Origin: a virus
Taxonomy: Duplodnaviria; Caudoviricetes
Virus record (IMG/VR): IMGVR_UViG_3300048577_000505
Span: 1 to 40,228 of that record
Length of the DNA stretch: 40,228 bases
Strand: one strand, 5' to 3'
Positions 16,861 to 25,794 of this stretch are shown one piece after another. The position numbers and the translations under genes are program-made. The notes under the pieces are model-generated. The model searched no databases, had not been told where the DNA came from, and worked only from the letters and a program-made list of their open reading frames with translations. Numbering within the stretch: the first letter of the stretch is position 1; every line of letters starts with the position of its first letter.

Positions 16861-17210
16861 AGATCGAGCGGGCATACGTCACGGAATATGGAGACCTCGA
16901 CGCCGTTATCAACGGAGGGGCGGTATCTTTGCTCTACAAGCCCATTTTCCTGAATCGCGGCATAGCCTTCATAACCGGAGACCCGGAATGGATCGCGGCC
17001 AACATGCAACCGATCATCGTCCCGCGGCCCGACCAACCATTCCATCCAGGCGACGAAAGGCTCGGGGCGACAAAGGACGAGCAAGTCGTGGCGCTCTGCA
17101 TCATGCATCTCCAGATGACAATGGAGCATCGATGCGATCCCGGGAACGTCCCGGTTCCTGACCCGGAAAAAGCGCACGAAATCGTCCTCCAGTGGATGGA
17201 CGAGGACTAG
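16857..17210 (+). CDS. Hypothetical protein, candidate immunity protein of the MuF effector
   Basis: 117 aa, acidic, ATGA-coupled to the muF stop, followed by a new promoter. Confidence 0.65.
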   Translation: MKIERAYVTEYGDLDAVINGGAVSLLYKPIFLNRGIAFITGDPEWIAANMQPIIVPRPDQPFHPGDERLGATKDEQVVALCIMHLQMTMEHRCDPGNVPVPDPEKAHEIVLQWMDED

Positions 17211-17230
17211 AATATTCCCAACGGCCCGTA

Positions 17231-17264
17231 TTGACTTTGTGCATAAAGTTGCTTACCGTATGCA
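17231..17264 (+). promoter_or_regulatory. Promoter overlapped by 25-bp operator
   Basis: TTGACT 17231-17236, N17, TACCGT 17254-17259; TGCATAAAGT-TGCTT-ACCGTATGCA at 17240-17264. Confidence 0.7.
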
Positions 17265-17278
17265 AAGAAAGGCACAAA

Positions 17279-17797
17279 ATGACAAATACTGCATGCTGCG
17301 GGCCGCGCGCCGAGAACATCTGGGAGGGCATTAACCTGCCAGAGGCAGCCGTTTATCCGACGAGATGGAGCGCGGCCACGATGGTTCCGACGGTGATGCT
17401 ACGCGCGAGCGAGGTTGAGTTCCTCCGCAATCTTCCCCGCGTCGAGATGACCGTCTTCAACTTCCCGGACGACTACAGGACCGACCTTCCCAAAGCCTAC
17501 GTCGCCATCGTCCCGCCGGGGTACTACTACGCAGTTTGCGCCGACACACTTGGCGCTGCCCGCCGGATTTTCCGGATCGATCCCTCGATCTTCGGCGCTC
17601 AGCGCAACCAGGCCATCAACCGGCGGTCCGCTCCACCTCCGACTTGGGAGGTCAAAATCCTCGCGCGCGAAATCAAGTATCGGCTGGACCATGCCGCCGA
17701 TCGCGAGACGAAGCGCAGGGCGCTGACCGCCTTGGCCGCCATCGAAGGCATCGCTGGATTCCTCGGGATCCCCGAGGCAGAAGGGAGCGGAGAATGA
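17279..17797 (+). CDS. Hypothetical protein
   Basis: ATG behind a GCACAAA leader like the one before 4082; 172 aa. Confidence 0.65.
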   Translation: MTNTACCGPRAENIWEGINLPEAAVYPTRWSAATMVPTVMLRASEVEFLRNLPRVEMTVFNFPDDYRTDLPKAYVAIVPPGYYYAVCADTLGAARRIFRIDPSIFGAQRNQAINRRSAPPPTWEVKILAREIKYRLDHAADRETKRRALTALAAIEGIAGFLGIPEAEGSGE

Positions 17798-18111
17798 ACG
17801 CGGAAACTCACACACCCGGACCGTGGACTCACGAAGAACACGGCAGAACAATCTCCAGCCCGACGGGCTGCATCTGCGAGCTGCACAGTTGGATGGGCGG
17901 CGATGAAGCCACGGCAAACGGGAAAATCGTATCCGCCGCCCCGGACATGCTGGCTGCCCTCAAGGAGTTGCGCCGCTGGGTCGGAGACGGAGACAAGAGC
18001 GACGACAGCGGGCTTATGGGATACTTCACGCCGGAGTATCTTGCGGCCATCTCGCTCGTGGATGCGGCAATCGCAAAGGCGGAAGGAGGCAAAGATGGAA
18101 ACGCCGGTTGA
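17794..18111 (+). CDS. Conserved phage hypothetical protein (HTPGPW...AAPDML type)
   Basis: HTPGPW, ANGKIVSAAPDMLAALKEL, AAIAKAEG. Confidence 0.75.
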   Translation: MNAETHTPGPWTHEEHGRTISSPTGCICELHSWMGGDEATANGKIVSAAPDMLAALKELRRWVGDGDKSDDSGLMGYFTPEYLAAISLVDAAIAKAEGGKDGNAG

Positions 18112-18241
18112 GAGACTCCAGCGCAAACTGGACGAGATGACGGACGCCCTTATCAAGGCCCTCGCAGAGCGAGACGCCTTCGCCGCGAAGCTACAGGCCA
18201 CCGAAAGAACGATCCAAGTGGGAGGTGCCTCATGTGGATAG
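18095..18241 (+). CDS. Small coiled-coil hypothetical protein
   Basis: GGAGG upstream; METPVERLQRKLDEMTDALIKALAERD; 48 aa. Confidence 0.5.
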   Translation: METPVERLQRKLDEMTDALIKALAERDAFAAKLQATERTIQVGGASCG

Positions 18242-18564
18242 CCAGCAAGTACGGCTTCTACAGCCTCAAGCACGATGAGGCCACGGGGAAGTATTTCATC
18301 CGGGCCCGGGTCCGGCTCGACCTGATGAACTTGATCGCGAAAGTCCCCGAACTCTCCGCCACGACCGTTCAGGAATGGCCGCGTGCCGACTACCGCTACA
18401 GGATCATCACCGATGCCCGGGGAGTGCAGGGCCTCATGAAAACACTCGGCGAGTCGGTGGACTACGGAAACTTCAAGGATATGATCGCCCGCACTCCGGG
18501 GCAGGACGGGAAGCTCTCCCCGTATCATCGGATTTGGGCGCTCATGGCCGCTTTGCAGCGGTAG
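18232..18564 (+). CDS. Conserved hypothetical phage protein
   Basis: MWIASKYGFYS...IRAR...ADYRYR...VDYGNFKD pattern; GGAGGT upstream. Confidence 0.75.
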   Translation: MWIASKYGFYSLKHDEATGKYFIRARVRLDLMNLIAKVPELSATTVQEWPRADYRYRIITDARGVQGLMKTLGESVDYGNFKDMIARTPGQDGKLSPYHRIWALMAALQR

Positions 18565-18602
18565 GCCCACCCCTCTGACAAATCCAGTACAGATAGTTGA
18601 TT

Positions 18603-18642
18603 TTTCTTGCACATTTGTGCATTTCAGTCGATACGGTATGCA
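18603..18642 (+). promoter_or_regulatory. Late-region regulatory site with 25-bp operator
   Basis: TGCATTTCAG-TCGAT-ACGGTATGCA at 18618-18642; TTTCTTGCACATTTGTGCAT nearly identical to 1527-1546. Confidence 0.65.
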
Positions 18643-18644
18643 CA

Positions 18645-19199
18645 GTGCCAGAGGAACCGGTTCAGTCTGCGCAGCCTGACAGCACCTCGCATTCAGCGGA
18701 ACGCGGGAAAAACCGTTCTGCAAGGCGTTCCCCAGAAAAGAGTAATGGAGCAGAGATCGCCCTTAGGATCGATCAAGTAGTCCAGTGGGTAATAGACGGA
18801 GAGCCGCGTCGCAAGATCGTGCAACTCTGCGCAAAGAAGTGGGGATGCGCGATCAGGCAGTCCGACGAATACCTCGCACGGGCGAAAAAGCAGATCGCCG
18901 AGGCATCGAAGGTCAATCTCGAACAGCAGCGCGGCATCTTCATCGCTCGCTGCAACGACATTTACCATGCGCATCGCAAGCGCGCTCCGCATGCCGCCCT
19001 GAAGGCAGTGGAGCTGGCGGCGGACTTGCAGGGCATGCTCACCAAGGGAGCCCAGATCAACCTTACCGCCACGGCGACATCGGGCGCGGGCCTGTCTCCC
19101 GAGTCCATCGCAGAAGTCCAGCGCGTTGTCGCGGAGGCGACGAAGACCGCGCTCGATGAACAGGCAAAGAAGGGAGGCTCCGATGCAGCTCAATCCTGA
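18645..19199 (+). CDS. Putative terminase small subunit
   Basis: HTH-like QVVQWVIDGEPRRKIVQLCAKKWGCAIRQSDEYLARA; directly upstream of and overlapping terL; start uncertain (GTG 18645). Confidence 0.65.
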   Translation: MPEEPVQSAQPDSTSHSAERGKNRSARRSPEKSNGAEIALRIDQVVQWVIDGEPRRKIVQLCAKKWGCAIRQSDEYLARAKKQIAEASKVNLEQQRGIFIARCNDIYHAHRKRAPHAALKAVELAADLQGMLTKGAQINLTATATSGAGLSPESIAEVQRVVAEATKTALDEQAKKGGSDAAQS

Positions 19200-20613
19200 G
19201 TATGCCCTGAGTGCCTCCACCTACCGCGGGCAGCCGCGGGATCCCAACTTTTGGGCGAAGCACCCCGGAATCCTGCCTCCCCACGTGTACGCGGTCGTCA
19301 AGCTCGGCCTGCGCCCGTATCCGTGGCAGATCAAGGCTCTCGACGCCTTCGGTCAGCGTTTCGCAGTCAGCGTCTGCGCGGCCAACGAGACGGGGAAGAC
19401 GACCTACCTCATCGCGCCTGCCATACTCTGGTTTCTCGACACTTTTGGAAGGCAGGGCGGGAAGGTCGTCCTGACGAGCGGATCATGGCTCCAGGTTGAG
19501 ACGCAGCTCGCCCCGTCGATCCGCCGATTTGCGCACCTCTTCCCCGACTGGCAGTTCAATGCGACCGACATCAAGCTCTATGGCCGCGTCGATGAACAGT
19601 GCATCATGTTCTCGACCGACAACCCGGGCCGCGCGGAAGGTCATCACGCCGTCGAGGCCCAGTCTGCGCCTCTGATGATCGTGGTGGACGAGGCCAAGAG
19701 CGTCCCGGACGGCATCTTCGGCGCCGTCGATCGCTGCGGCCCGCAATATCTCCTTATCCTATCCTCCCCCGGCCAGCCCAGCGGGAAGTTCTTCCGCACT
19801 CACACGAGCGAGGCCGGGATGTACTGGACAGAGCGGGTCAAGAGCACGGACTGCCCGCACCTCGACCCGGCGAAGCGGCAGCGCGACCTCGATCTTTACG
19901 GCCCGCAGAGCCCCATCTTCCTCTCGATGCACGAGGCCGAGTTTGCTGCGGGCACGGATGCGCTCATCCTGCGCCCTGCCGACCTCGCGGCGTGCTACAA
20001 CGAGCCGCCCCAGTACGCGGACGGCTCTCGCGCCGCCTTCTGCGACTTTGCGGCGGGCGGAGACGAGAACGTCCTTGCCATCCGGCAAGGGAACAAGGCG
20101 TGGATTGAGGCGGCTTGGCGCGAGACGGACACGATTCAGGCCGCCCGTCGCTTCCGCGAGCATTTCCGCCGCCTCGGCCTCTCTCCCTTCCAGGTATTCG
20201 CCGACGCCTCCGGGCTCGGCACCGTGATGTGCGATGCACTCGCGGACGAAGGCTTCCGCGTGCAGCGCGTGAACAACGGGGCATCACCGAACGACGCGCA
20301 CTATTCCAATCTTGGCTCTGAGGTGTGGCATCAGGGTGCGCGCGAGATCGCCCGCCGACGGCTCATCATCCAAAACGACCCGACACTCTGGCGTCAGCTA
20401 TCGACGCGCAAGAGTGAAATTGCGAGCGGAGGAAAGCTCAGGGCGGAACCGAAGGAAGACATGAAGTCGCGTGGCATCTCGTCTCCTGACCGCGCCGACG
20501 CCCTCCTTGGGGCCATCTATTTCGCAGGGCATCCCGCCGGCGGTGCCATCTCGTCCACAGACGGGATCTTCGTCGGCACAAGCGCCTTCTCCCGCCCGAC
20601 CGCCGCCTTCTGA
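19183..20613 (+). CDS. terL: Terminase large subunit
   Basis: PYPWQ adenine motif, Walker A AANETGKT, Walker B IVVDEA, SSP coupling motif, nuclease CDFAAGGD and SPDRADAL. Confidence 0.92.
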   Translation: MQLNPEYALSASTYRGQPRDPNFWAKHPGILPPHVYAVVKLGLRPYPWQIKALDAFGQRFAVSVCAANETGKTTYLIAPAILWFLDTFGRQGGKVVLTSGSWLQVETQLAPSIRRFAHLFPDWQFNATDIKLYGRVDEQCIMFSTDNPGRAEGHHAVEAQSAPLMIVVDEAKSVPDGIFGAVDRCGPQYLLILSSPGQPSGKFFRTHTSEAGMYWTERVKSTDCPHLDPAKRQRDLDLYGPQSPIFLSMHEAEFAAGTDALILRPADLAACYNEPPQYADGSRAAFCDFAAGGDENVLAIRQGNKAWIEAAWRETDTIQAARRFREHFRRLGLSPFQVFADASGLGTVMCDALADEGFRVQRVNNGASPNDAHYSNLGSEVWHQGAREIARRRLIIQNDPTLWRQLSTRKSEIASGGKLRAEPKEDMKSRGISSPDRADALLGAIYFAGHPAGGAISSTDGIFVGTSAFSRPTAAF

Positions 20614-20615
20614 CA

Positions 20616-22400
20616 ATGAGCCTCTTCAATCCCAGTTCATGGTCTTGGAGGCCAACACCGAAGATCGCAGGCCAGACCCCTCTATCGAGAAGGGATCAGT
20701 CGCAGTCCCTCATCGAGGTTCACCCGGCGGAGCGGTGGACGATGCGCATGCCGAGCAAGCTGGACCCCGAGATGGTCCGCGCTCTTCTCGATTCCGCTCT
20801 CACGGGCGACCTCCAGCGGCAAGCCGAGCTCTTCGCGCTCATGGAGGACACTTGGTACCGGCTCGCCAAGAACCTCAACGACGTGCGTAACGGCGTAGCA
20901 GACAGCCCTTGGCGTGTCGCAGCCTTTGCCATCGAGGGAGAGGAGCCCACTCCTGAGGCGGAGGAAAAGGCCCGCCTCGTGGAGAACGTCTTCAAGCAGA
21001 TGGAGCCCTCCCCAGCCTCGATCGATGAGGCTGGCTTCCGCGGGATGCTCTTCAACCTCCTCGATGCCCACGCGCGCGGGATTTCGGTGCAGGAAATCGA
21101 ATGGGGGACTGCGGACGGAACGAAGCCCTTCACGCTCAAGGATGGGACTTGGGGAATCCGCGCGGTGCGCCACATCAACGCACGGAACTACGGATACCCC
21201 TGCACCGGCGACATCATCGACCGGCTGATGCTTTCCCCGGATGGGACCGGGGCCTCCGGGAACCTCATCGATTTCCCGCCGGACAAGTTCATCATCGCAA
21301 AAGCCCTCGTCCGCAGCGGGCACCCGGCGAACATAGCCCTTCTCCGCTCCATCGCCCTTCTATGGGTGGGCCACACCTTCGGATTTTCGTGGATGGCGAA
21401 TTACGCCCAGCTCTTCGGCGTCCCGTTCCGCTGGGCGACGTACGAGCCCGGGAACGATCAGATCAAGAAAAACGTCAGCGAAATGCTCCAGAACATGGGC
21501 TCTGCGGGCTGGGCGGCTTTCCCGACAGGGACGAGCCTCCAGTTTGTTTCCGCATCGGGGACCGCCAAGGACAATCCGCAGGCCTATCTCATGGAAATGG
21601 CCGACAAGGCCTGCGACATCCTCATCCTCGGGCAGACCCTGACCACGGACGTGGGAGACAGCGGCAGCCGGGCCCTTGGAGATGTCCATGCTGGGATCCG
21701 GCTGGAGGTCATCAAGCACGCGGCGAAATGGCTGGAGGAGGTCATCAACGACCAGCTCATTCCGGCTATCATGCGGATGAACTACGGCGAGATCCCGGAC
21801 GACTGCCCTTCGTTTCATTTTGCAATCGAGGAGCCGAAGGACGGTCTCGCGATGGCGAACCGCGACAAAATCCTCTTCGACGACATGGGCCTCCCAGTCT
21901 CGAAGGACTGGCTTTACAAGCGCCACGGCGTTCCGCAACCGAAGCCGGATGACGAGCTCTTCAAGGCGCCCGCCCCGAAGCCGTCCCCATTCCCTTTCCA
22001 GCCCACACCAGGGGAACAAGACCCCAAAGAAGGAAAGCCCGACGCGGTGAATACCGCAGTCCCCGCGCCCGCGAAAGCCCGCGAAGGGTTCTCGGTGCAG
22101 GCCAAGGCCAAGAACGAACTGAGGTACCAGATCATGGCATCTGAAATCATGACGGACATCGCAGGCGTTTCTGCGGAATGGCTGGCTGCCGCGAAGCCAA
22201 TCTTTGTCGAGCTCGTACGCAAGGCCGAATCCGGTGAGGTCTCCGACGCCGATTTCATGGCCGCCGTGCAGGCAGCCGCAGAGGCCATGCCCGAAATGTT
22301 CGGGAAACTCGATGCAGACTCGCTTGCGCTGGCCCTTGAAAAGGAAATGGGGGCCGCGTGTGTGAATGGGGCACTGGAAGGGGCCCGCAAACGCTCATGA
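20616..22400 (+). CDS. Portal protein, DUF935 / Mu gp29-like
   Basis: LFALMED, LLDAHARGISVQEIEW, YAQLFGVPFRWATY, ILGQTLTT, GSRALGDVH, INDQLIP. Confidence 0.9.
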   Translation: MSLFNPSSWSWRPTPKIAGQTPLSRRDQSQSLIEVHPAERWTMRMPSKLDPEMVRALLDSALTGDLQRQAELFALMEDTWYRLAKNLNDVRNGVADSPWRVAAFAIEGEEPTPEAEEKARLVENVFKQMEPSPASIDEAGFRGMLFNLLDAHARGISVQEIEWGTADGTKPFTLKDGTWGIRAVRHINARNYGYPCTGDIIDRLMLSPDGTGASGNLIDFPPDKFIIAKALVRSGHPANIALLRSIALLWVGHTFGFSWMANYAQLFGVPFRWATYEPGNDQIKKNVSEMLQNMGSAGWAAFPTGTSLQFVSASGTAKDNPQAYLMEMADKACDILILGQTLTTDVGDSGSRALGDVHAGIRLEVIKHAAKWLEEVINDQLIPAIMRMNYGEIPDDCPSFHFAIEEPKDGLAMANRDKILFDDMGLPVSKDWLYKRHGVPQPKPDDELFKAPAPKPSPFPFQPTPGEQDPKEGKPDAVNTAVPAPAKAREGFSVQAKAKNELRYQIMASEIMTDIAGVSAEWLAAAKPIFVELVRKAESGEVSDADFMAAVQAAAEAMPEMFGKLDADSLALALEKEMGAACVNGALEGARKRS

Positions 22401-23008
22401 AGCCGATCACCATCAAGGATCGGGCAAGCCCGGCCATCGAGAAGCTGAGGACCGCTCTAGGCGGAGACCTCTCCCCTCTCCTTGCCGTCCTCGGCAGGAC
22501 CGGCGCGAACTTCACGCAGGCCCACTATCGTGGGATGAACGCCACTCACGCGAACTCGCTCGGCGCAAGGAGGACGAACTTCTGGAACGAGGTGGCGGAT
22601 TCAGTCTTCACGCACGGGCAGACGAAGACGGCTGTTCGCGTTGGCATCGGCCATCCTGCCATCGCGCAGAAGGTTTACGGCGGCAAAATCGAGGCAAAGC
22701 GGCATGACAATCTCACGCTGCCGATGAGCGCTGAGGCCTACGAGCATCCTTCCCCGGCCCTCAGCTATTGGGACGGTCGCACCAAGATATTCTGGCACAG
22801 ATCGAACGGCATTCTCCTCGGAACTGAGGACGAGGCCGGGAAGGTCACTTGGCAATTCTGGCTCACGCCGTCCGTGACGCAGGAACCGACTCCCGGGGCT
22901 CTTCCGGAGGCCTTGGCCATGCAGGAACAGCTTGACCGCGTACGCGATGGATACATCGCCCGCAAACTCGCTCAGATCTCAACCTCGAACGATTCCGAAA
23001 ATGAGTGA
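22397..23008 (+). CDS. Virion morphogenesis protein (Mu gpG / P2 S-like)
   Basis: Position between portal and protease; DLSPLLAVLG, VRVG...IAQKVYGGKIEAK...LTLP. Confidence 0.6.
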   Translation: MKPITIKDRASPAIEKLRTALGGDLSPLLAVLGRTGANFTQAHYRGMNATHANSLGARRTNFWNEVADSVFTHGQTKTAVRVGIGHPAIAQKVYGGKIEAKRHDNLTLPMSAEAYEHPSPALSYWDGRTKIFWHRSNGILLGTEDEAGKVTWQFWLTPSVTQEPTPGALPEALAMQEQLDRVRDGYIARKLAQISTSNDSENE

Positions 23009-24047
23009 CGCACTTATCAAGGCCATCAGCGTTCTCCTCCCGGAGACATCCGGAGACGCTCTACCGACGGACTTCCAGTGGATGCCGCCGGGCAGGCACA
23101 GCATCAGCGCGTCGAAGAACGGGAAGCCTGCCCGCATCGAGGTTCTCGTGGACGCTTCTGGCGCGACAGCGGTTGCCAAGTCGTTCGACGAGCTGAAAGC
23201 CAGCGGACGCCGCCCCTACCTCGATTTCAACCACGAGTCCCGCGAGGCCTCGGCCATCGTCCAGTCCGTGTACTGGGGCGGTGACGACCCGAAGACCGGC
23301 GGCATCCGCTGCAAGGTCGAGTGGACCCAGCCCGGCGCGGCGGCCCTGAAAGGCAAGGCCTACTTCTCTTTTTCGCCCACGTTCTTCGTCTCGAAGGAGG
23401 GGAAGATCACGGGCACGGAAACCGACATGGGTGGACTCGTCAACGAGCCCGCCTTCACGAACATCGCCCCCATCGTGGGCAAGGAAAACAGCAACGAAAT
23501 GAACGAACTCCTCAAGGCACTCAAGAACGCCGGCATCACCGCGTCTGAGACCGTTACCGAATCGGAGGCCGTGTCCGCAGTTCAGGCGCACGCCTCCTCC
23601 CAGAAGACCAAGATCGAGGCGCTGGAACGCGACCTCAGCACCGCGAAGACCAAGATCGAGGCCGCCGAAAAGAAGCGTGCCGAGGATCTCGTCCTCACCG
23701 CGGTGAAGGAGGGCAAGATCGGCCCGAAGGACGAGAAGGTGCAGGCCTTCTACGTCAAGGCCATCCTCACGCAGGGCAAGGACGGCGAAGATGCCCTTGA
23801 GGCACTCCCGGTGCAGGCCAAGTTCAAGAGCGTCGTCCCGCCGCAGGGCGCCCCCAAGACCGAGGAATCCGGCAGCTCCGACGACCCCGAGAAAGCCTTT
23901 CTCGCGAAGGCCCGGGAGATCAAGGCCGACCCGGCACGCAAGATCGAAACCGAGACTGATGCCCAGCTCGTTTGCGCGTCGGAAAATCCGAAGCTCTACG
24001 ATGGCTACCTGAAGGCCATCTGCAACAAGTCCGAAACCGGCGAATAA
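23001..24047 (+). CDS. Mu-like prohead protease I with C-terminal scaffold region
   Basis: FQWMPPG, YLDFNHE, VEWT..GAAALKGKAYFSFSPTF, GLVNEPAF followed by coiled coil. Confidence 0.9.
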   Translation: MSDALIKAISVLLPETSGDALPTDFQWMPPGRHSISASKNGKPARIEVLVDASGATAVAKSFDELKASGRRPYLDFNHESREASAIVQSVYWGGDDPKTGGIRCKVEWTQPGAAALKGKAYFSFSPTFFVSKEGKITGTETDMGGLVNEPAFTNIAPIVGKENSNEMNELLKALKNAGITASETVTESEAVSAVQAHASSQKTKIEALERDLSTAKTKIEAAEKKRAEDLVLTAVKEGKIGPKDEKVQAFYVKAILTQGKDGEDALEALPVQAKFKSVVPPQGAPKTEESGSSDDPEKAFLAKAREIKADPARKIETETDAQLVCASENPKLYDGYLKAICNKSETGE

Positions 24048-24083
24048 TCGCCGCAACCGCGAACATCAACTTCACACACAATC

Positions 24084-24761
24084 ATGGGCGCAACCACTTA
24101 TTCCGACACCCCTTACGTCACTCTGACGGCGGGCTCGGCTCTTGCCGCGAACATCGCGGTCAAGCTCAACTCCAGCAACCTCGTCGTTCCGGCGACGGCG
24201 GCTGACATTCCCCTCGGCTACACGACCGACGATTGCGACGCCGCCGCTTCCGGCGACGCCGTGACGATCCGTCTGCACGGCAAGGGCGGCACGGTCAAGG
24301 CCAAGCAGGCCGGGGCCATCACGAACGGCGCTGCGGTCTATATGGCGGCGGACGGGAAGGTGCAGGCGGCCCCTGCCGTTCCCACGTCCGGAGTCGCCTA
24401 CATCCGCATCGGCACCAAGCTCGGCCCGGTCACCGGCGCCGCGGGAGATGTCATCGAGATCGCCGATTCCAACGCCGTTTCCACGGTCCTCGATCCGGCT
24501 TCCCTCGACGGCTCGACGCTCGCGGCTGGGTTCCTATCGACCCTCAACGGGACTGGCGCCGACGCGTCCAGTGCCGCGGTGGATCTCACGGTTACCGGTG
24601 CGGTCGCCGGTCTCCGGATCGTTGCCGTGGTGGACATCACGGATGGGATCGGGCTCGACCCCGCCCTGTTCACCGCCGCCGCCGGGAAGATCACGCAGGC
24701 CAGCGGCAATTACGCCTCCGACAAGCTGATCTTCTTCGTCATTCCCGCCGCCGCCGCATAA
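24084..24761 (+). CDS. Capsid decoration/cement protein (DUF2190-like) with extra C-terminal domain
   Basis: A/G/T-rich; PLGYTT, GDAVTI, AGAITNGAAVYMAADGKV, IG...AAGDVIEI; upstream of the major capsid gene. Confidence 0.7.
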   Translation: MGATTYSDTPYVTLTAGSALAANIAVKLNSSNLVVPATAADIPLGYTTDDCDAAASGDAVTIRLHGKGGTVKAKQAGAITNGAAVYMAADGKVQAAPAVPTSGVAYIRIGTKLGPVTGAAGDVIEIADSNAVSTVLDPASLDGSTLAAGFLSTLNGTGADASSAAVDLTVTGAVAGLRIVAVVDITDGIGLDPALFTAAAGKITQASGNYASDKLIFFVIPAAAA

Positions 24762-24804
24762 CCGGCGAAGGCCAAAAGCATTCAACTGAGGAAAGACCAA
24801 CAAC

Positions 24805-25776
24805 ATGGCAACCAAAGCAGTTTTCAACCCCGTTCTCACCGGCTTCGCCGTCCAGAACTTCAAGCAGCTCGGGAGCGTCTTCGTGGCGGCTCGCCTCGCT
24901 CCCATCTTCACCGCGGCCCTCTCGTCAGCTCAGTATCCCGTGTTCGACATCAAGGATTCGGTTGCGCTGCCTCGTCTTGAGGTGCGCAAGCCGGGCAGCG
25001 CCTACAAGCGCATCTCGGTCGGGCTGTCCAAGGACAGCTACTCGACGCAGGATCGCGGCATCGAGGGTACCGTCGATGACAACACGCGCAAGATCTACAA
25101 GCTCCAGATCGACATCCAGAAGGCGACGGTCGCGAAGACCCAGCTCACGATCATGCACGATTGGGACTGGCGCGTGAAGGAGATGATCGACGCCGCGCGC
25201 GCCGCATCGACGATCACCGTTGCGAGCACCCCGACCACGAAATGGGGCGCCTCCGGCTCCACTCCCATCAAGGCCATCAAGGCCGCAAAGAACGCATTTT
25301 TCCTGCGCACCGGCCAGAATCCGAACACGATCACCCTGCCGAGGGCGGTTGCGGAGGCGCTCGAAGAAAACAGCGACATCCTTTCCCGCATCACCTACAC
25401 GGGCCGCACGCAGCCGATCGCGGTGAACATCGAGGACGGAACGTTCGCGAGTGTTCTGAGCCAGGTCCTCGGCATTCCGAACGTCATCATCGCGGGCGGA
25501 ATCTACAACTCGGCGAACGAGGGGCAGGACATCAACCTCGATTACATCTGGGGCAAGGATGTGATCCTCTCGTGTTCGCAGCCCAGTAATGACCTCACGG
25601 TTCCCAACCTCGCCCGCACGTTCGTATTCGACGGCGTCACGCCCGAAGACCAGACATCGGTCTTCGAGTATCGCGATGAGAACGTGAAGAGCGACATCTA
25701 CCGCATCAGCCACTTCACGGACGAGAAGATCACCGGTGCCATCCTCGGCACCGTCATCCCGGACGTGATCAGCTAG
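24805..25776 (+). CDS. Major capsid protein (HK97 fold)
   Basis: 323 aa; NPVLTGFA, KW...STPIKAI, TGQNPNTITL, IWGKDVIL, end motif TGAILGTVIPDVI; position in head module. Confidence 0.85.
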   Translation: MATKAVFNPVLTGFAVQNFKQLGSVFVAARLAPIFTAALSSAQYPVFDIKDSVALPRLEVRKPGSAYKRISVGLSKDSYSTQDRGIEGTVDDNTRKIYKLQIDIQKATVAKTQLTIMHDWDWRVKEMIDAARAASTITVASTPTTKWGASGSTPIKAIKAAKNAFFLRTGQNPNTITLPRAVAEALEENSDILSRITYTGRTQPIAVNIEDGTFASVLSQVLGIPNVIIAGGIYNSANEGQDINLDYIWGKDVILSCSQPSNDLTVPNLARTFVFDGVTPEDQTSVFEYRDENVKSDIYRISHFTDEKITGAILGTVIPDVIS

Positions 25777-25794
25777 ACATAGGACGAACACGCA

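Noticed and set aside
18597-18644. TTG start at 18597 for the small terminase
   Set aside because: This stretch is the operator/promoter-like region; GTG 18645 or a later start is more plausible
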